From: an uncultured Gammaproteobacteria bacterium
GTDB taxonomy: Bacteria > Pseudomonadota > Gammaproteobacteria > Steroidobacterales > Rariloculaceae
Assembly: GCA_963742115.1 (NCBI GenBank)
Contig: CAVUKQ010000004.1
Span: forward strand, 582,582 to 646,581
Direction of reading: 5' to 3'
Length of the DNA: 64,000 nucleotides
Positions within the stretch are counted from its first letter, which is position 1. Each line of letters begins with the position of its first letter. The notes under the pieces were generated by a model that saw only the letters and a list, made by a program, of their open reading frames with translations, had not been told where the DNA came from and searched no databases. The translations under genes and the position numbers were made by a program. Below, piece after piece: positions 61,812 through 64,000 of this stretch.

Positions 61812-61839
61812 CGATGTGCCCCTCGACCTCTAGTCAGAC

Positions 61840-62352
61840 TCAGAGCGGCGCGTCGCCGACCGATACTTGCGGAAACAGCTCGACGCGGTTCACGCGATTC
61901 AATGTCGCGTCCCGCTCTTCGGCGACACGCACCCGGTCCATGACCGCGACGACGACGTCGTACGAGACATAGGGCTCGACGAGGAGGGTCGCCTCCTCTT
62001 TCGAGGGGAACTGCTCCTTGATGCGCCGCAGATGCTCCGTGAGCTGCGCGTAGTCGTAGCCGCTGTCGGTCTTCTCGATGCGATTCAAGAGCCCCGTCGA
62101 GCGATCGCCGATCTCGATACCGGATTCGCGCACCGTGATCTCGAGCTCGAACGCCGGCGGCTCGGGGAGCGCCGTGGACTGCGCGGAAGGCAGGTTCAGC
62201 TGCAGGACGGCGAGCCTGATGAAGCCGCCGTGGACCAGCAGGAAGAACACGAGGATCGTCATCATGTCGATCATCGACACGAGGTTGATCTCGGTGTGCT
62301 CCTGCTTGTGCAGGTGCCGCGCGAGCCGCGAGCGTCGTACCGTGAGCTCCAT
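61840..62352 (-). CDS. ExbD/TolR family (AglQ-like)
   Basis: INLVSMIDMMTILVFFLL; IK..FP, V.YD.VV.VMD, LFP.VS.G. Confidence 0.9.
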   Translation of the reverse strand: MELTVRRSRLARHLHKQEHTEINLVSMIDMMTILVFFLLVHGGFIRLAVLQLNLPSAQSTALPEPPAFELEITVRESGIEIGDRSTGLLNRIEKTDSGYDYAQLTEHLRRIKEQFPSKEEATLLVEPYVSYDVVVAVMDRVRVAEERDATLNRVNRVELFPQVSVGDAPL

Positions 62353-62433
62353 CGGATGGTTCCTCGCTACGTCGAAGCGCCGTCGTAGTTGGCCGTGTTG
62401 TCGGCCGTCGTTGCTATGGACGCCGAAGCGAGC

Positions 62434-63144
62434 TCACGCCGGCTGCGGCACGGCCGGCTGGCGCGACACGAATTCCTCGGCCGCACCGGTGCCGAGAGCC
62501 ACCTTCGCGTGCACCGCGCGATCCGTGAGCGCGTTCAAGAACTTCACGGACGCCATTTCGATGCCCGAGACGATCTTCGCGGTCTTCGACTGCAGCACCT
62601 GGTGCACCAGCACCAGCGGGATCGCGACCATGAGGCCGAACGCCGTGCAGTTCATGCCGATCGAGATGCTCGCGGACAGGAGCTCCGCCTTGTCGGCGAG
62701 ATCGGCGTTCGACACCGCGGTGAACGCCTCGATGAGTCCGATGATCGTGCCGAGCAAGCCCGCGAGAGTCGCCATGTTGGAGAACGTCGCGAGATAGGCC
62801 GTGCGCTTCTCGAGCTCCGGCATGATCTCGATCAAGCTCTGCTCCATCGCGAGCTCGATGTCGTCGCGGCGCCGCACGGCTCCCTGGCGCGCCAACCCCA
62901 TGCTCAGGATCTGCGCAATCGTGGAGCTGTCCTTGCTCGCGACTTCCCGCGCGGCTTGAAAGTCACCGCTCCCGATCAACGGCTCGAGCTTCCGCCAGCT
63001 CTCCCTGTTCTTGTTGATCACGAGCGTCAGCGTGACGTAGCGCTCGATGGAGATCGCGACTCCGATCGCTAGGATCGCGAGGATCGGATACATGAAGAAC
63101 CCGCCGTCCCCGAAGAACTTCACGACTGTATAGATGACGTCCAT
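62434..63144 (-). CDS. MotA/TolQ/ExbB proton channel (AglR-like)
   Basis: GGFFMYPI, ATLAGLLGTIIGLI.AF, ISIGMNCTAFGL.VAIP. Confidence 0.92.
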   Translation of the reverse strand: MDVIYTVVKFFGDGGFFMYPILAILAIGVAISIERYVTLTLVINKNRESWRKLEPLIGSGDFQAAREVASKDSSTIAQILSMGLARQGAVRRRDDIELAMEQSLIEIMPELEKRTAYLATFSNMATLAGLLGTIIGLIEAFTAVSNADLADKAELLSASISIGMNCTAFGLMVAIPLVLVHQVLQSKTAKIVSGIEMASVKFLNALTDRAVHAKVALGTGAAEEFVSRQPAVPQPA

Positions 63145-63340
63145 GTCCGAGATCCTCCCTGAAAAAATCTGTGTTGCGACGTCGCGTCACGCCCCTTGGC
63201 GTGGCCGCGTCCCCATCGTCGCGTCGAGCAGCCTATTCCTCGAAACTCGACGAAGGTGTGACGGACTCGACGTTGCGCTACATCAAATCGTCGGCTCCAG
63301 CGACGACGTGCTTCACATAAGCGAAAACGTCCGTCGAGAC

Positions 63341-63760
63341 CTATTTCACTTTTCCGGAACGAATGCCGTAGTACTTGAGCTCGCGCATGAACACGTCCTT
63401 GTCGACGGCGCGAATCCTCGTATCGAGCGCCCGCGACACGCCGATGCCGTTGCCGATCTCCGAGCTCTTCCACGGCACGATGACGAGCGACTTCGGCGTT
63501 TCCTGGTTACCGAGAATCGACATACCGGACATCGACTTCGGGTCCGCCGGCGTAGCGCCGGCCTCATGCGCAGCAGAAGCCTCGCGCGCAGCGACAGCCT
63601 CACGCGGAGCAGCGGCCTCACGCGGAGCGGCAGGCTCCCGCGCAGCGGCGGCTGCACGCGCCGCACCAGCCTCACGCGCCGCAGCGGGCGTTTCCTGCGC
63701 CATCGCCCCGCCAGCGAAGCCAGCGAGCAGCATTGCAACGAACACGAGTTTCTTCGGCAT
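63341..63760 (-). CDS. Small exported GltF-like protein with Ala-rich repeats
   Basis: Signal peptide; SILGNQETPKSLVIVPWK...VDKDVF.RE; sits between TPR and ExbB genes. Confidence 0.65.
   Translation of the reverse strand: MPKKLVFVAMLLAGFAGGAMAQETPAAAREAGAARAAAAAREPAAPREAAAPREAVAAREASAAHEAGATPADPKSMSGMSILGNQETPKSLVIVPWKSSEIGNGIGVSRALDTRIRAVDKDVFMRELKYYGIRSGKVK
63559..63684 (-). repeat. Seven imperfect 18-nt in-frame repeats
   Basis: AAREAG AARAAA AAREPA APREAA APREAV AAREAS AAHEAG. Confidence 0.7.
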
Positions 63761-63770
63761 GTCGTGCTCC

Positions 63771-64000
63771 TTACGGGCTCGAGCGGCCCTTGATGTCGGC
63801 GATCCAGATGGCGACTTGCTGGTCGTCGGGCACGAGCGCCTGGTACGCCTCGTAGTGCCGTACGGCGCAGGCGTAGTCGCGCTGATACAAGTCGCAAAGG
63901 ATCGCGAGGTTTCGGTTCGCGAGATGGAAATCGGGATAGAGCGCGAGCGCCCGCTCGTACTGCGTGCGCGCCTCGGCGAAGCGCCCTTGCTTGCGGTAGA
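63771..64000 (-). CDS. TPR protein (GltE/AglT-like), 3' end only; not in the ORF track
   Basis: [35 protein letters not shown]...A..HYEAY...WIAD...stop at 63771. Confidence 0.8.
   Translation of the reverse strand, partial: YRKQGRFAEARTQYERALALYPDFHLANRNLAILCDLYQRDYACAVRHYEAYQALVPDDQQVAIWIADIKGRSSP

Noticed and set aside
61269-63144. Ordinary TonB-ExbBD or Tol-Pal assignment
   Set aside because: Two different ExbD genes, MNCTAFG motif, AgmX/PglI-type C-domain and flanking TPR/GltF-like genes; no tolB, pal or receptor in view
63145-63340. Long spacer before exbB as a riboswitch or ncRNA
   Set aside because: Some short stems but no recognisable motif; cannot be supported without covariance analysis
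1-64000. Many long overlapping or antisense ORFs in the six-frame track (e.g. 26543-28621+, 37371-39314-, 51578-53434+, 14985-16748+)
   Set aside because: Arg/Ala-rich shadow frames typical of high-GC DNA, overlapping well-supported genes, with no motifs

Overview
High-GC bacterial DNA, probably from a metagenome or long-read assembly. Gene content suggests a Gammaproteobacterium of the Steroidobacterales/Woeseiales type (inference). I found no rRNA, tRNA, CRISPR array, transposase or integrase. Family names are recognised from motifs by eye; no database was searched. The first 50 kb is an accessory region rich in exported (Sec/Tat) enzymes: flavoproteins, two PQQ dehydrogenases, MBL-fold proteins, hydrolases, VOC proteins, an intradiol dioxygenase, a DUF1592-DUF1552-ankyrin module and a DUF6152 pair. 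It also holds a vapBC pair, msrA, azlCD, a sirtuin, pgm, and several deletion scars and gene remnants. The last 14 kb (minus strand) is an Agl-Glt-like motor cluster (TPR, GltF-like, ExbB/TolQ, two ExbD/TolR, AgmX/PglI-type TonB-like), followed by a c-di-GMP-I riboswitch, a giant DUF11 adhesin-like gene and a giant OmpA-domain/beta-barrel gene; the large genes are broken by many mostly +1 indels. The most unusual signal is three complementary traces (30.8-31.0, 35.4-35.8 and 45.0-45.15 kb) of one cassette: promoter, leader ORF, Uma2 nuclease gene, and a 74-bp double-palindrome 3' element. One copy has lost the whole gene, which suggests an undescribed Uma2-based mobile or repeated element.
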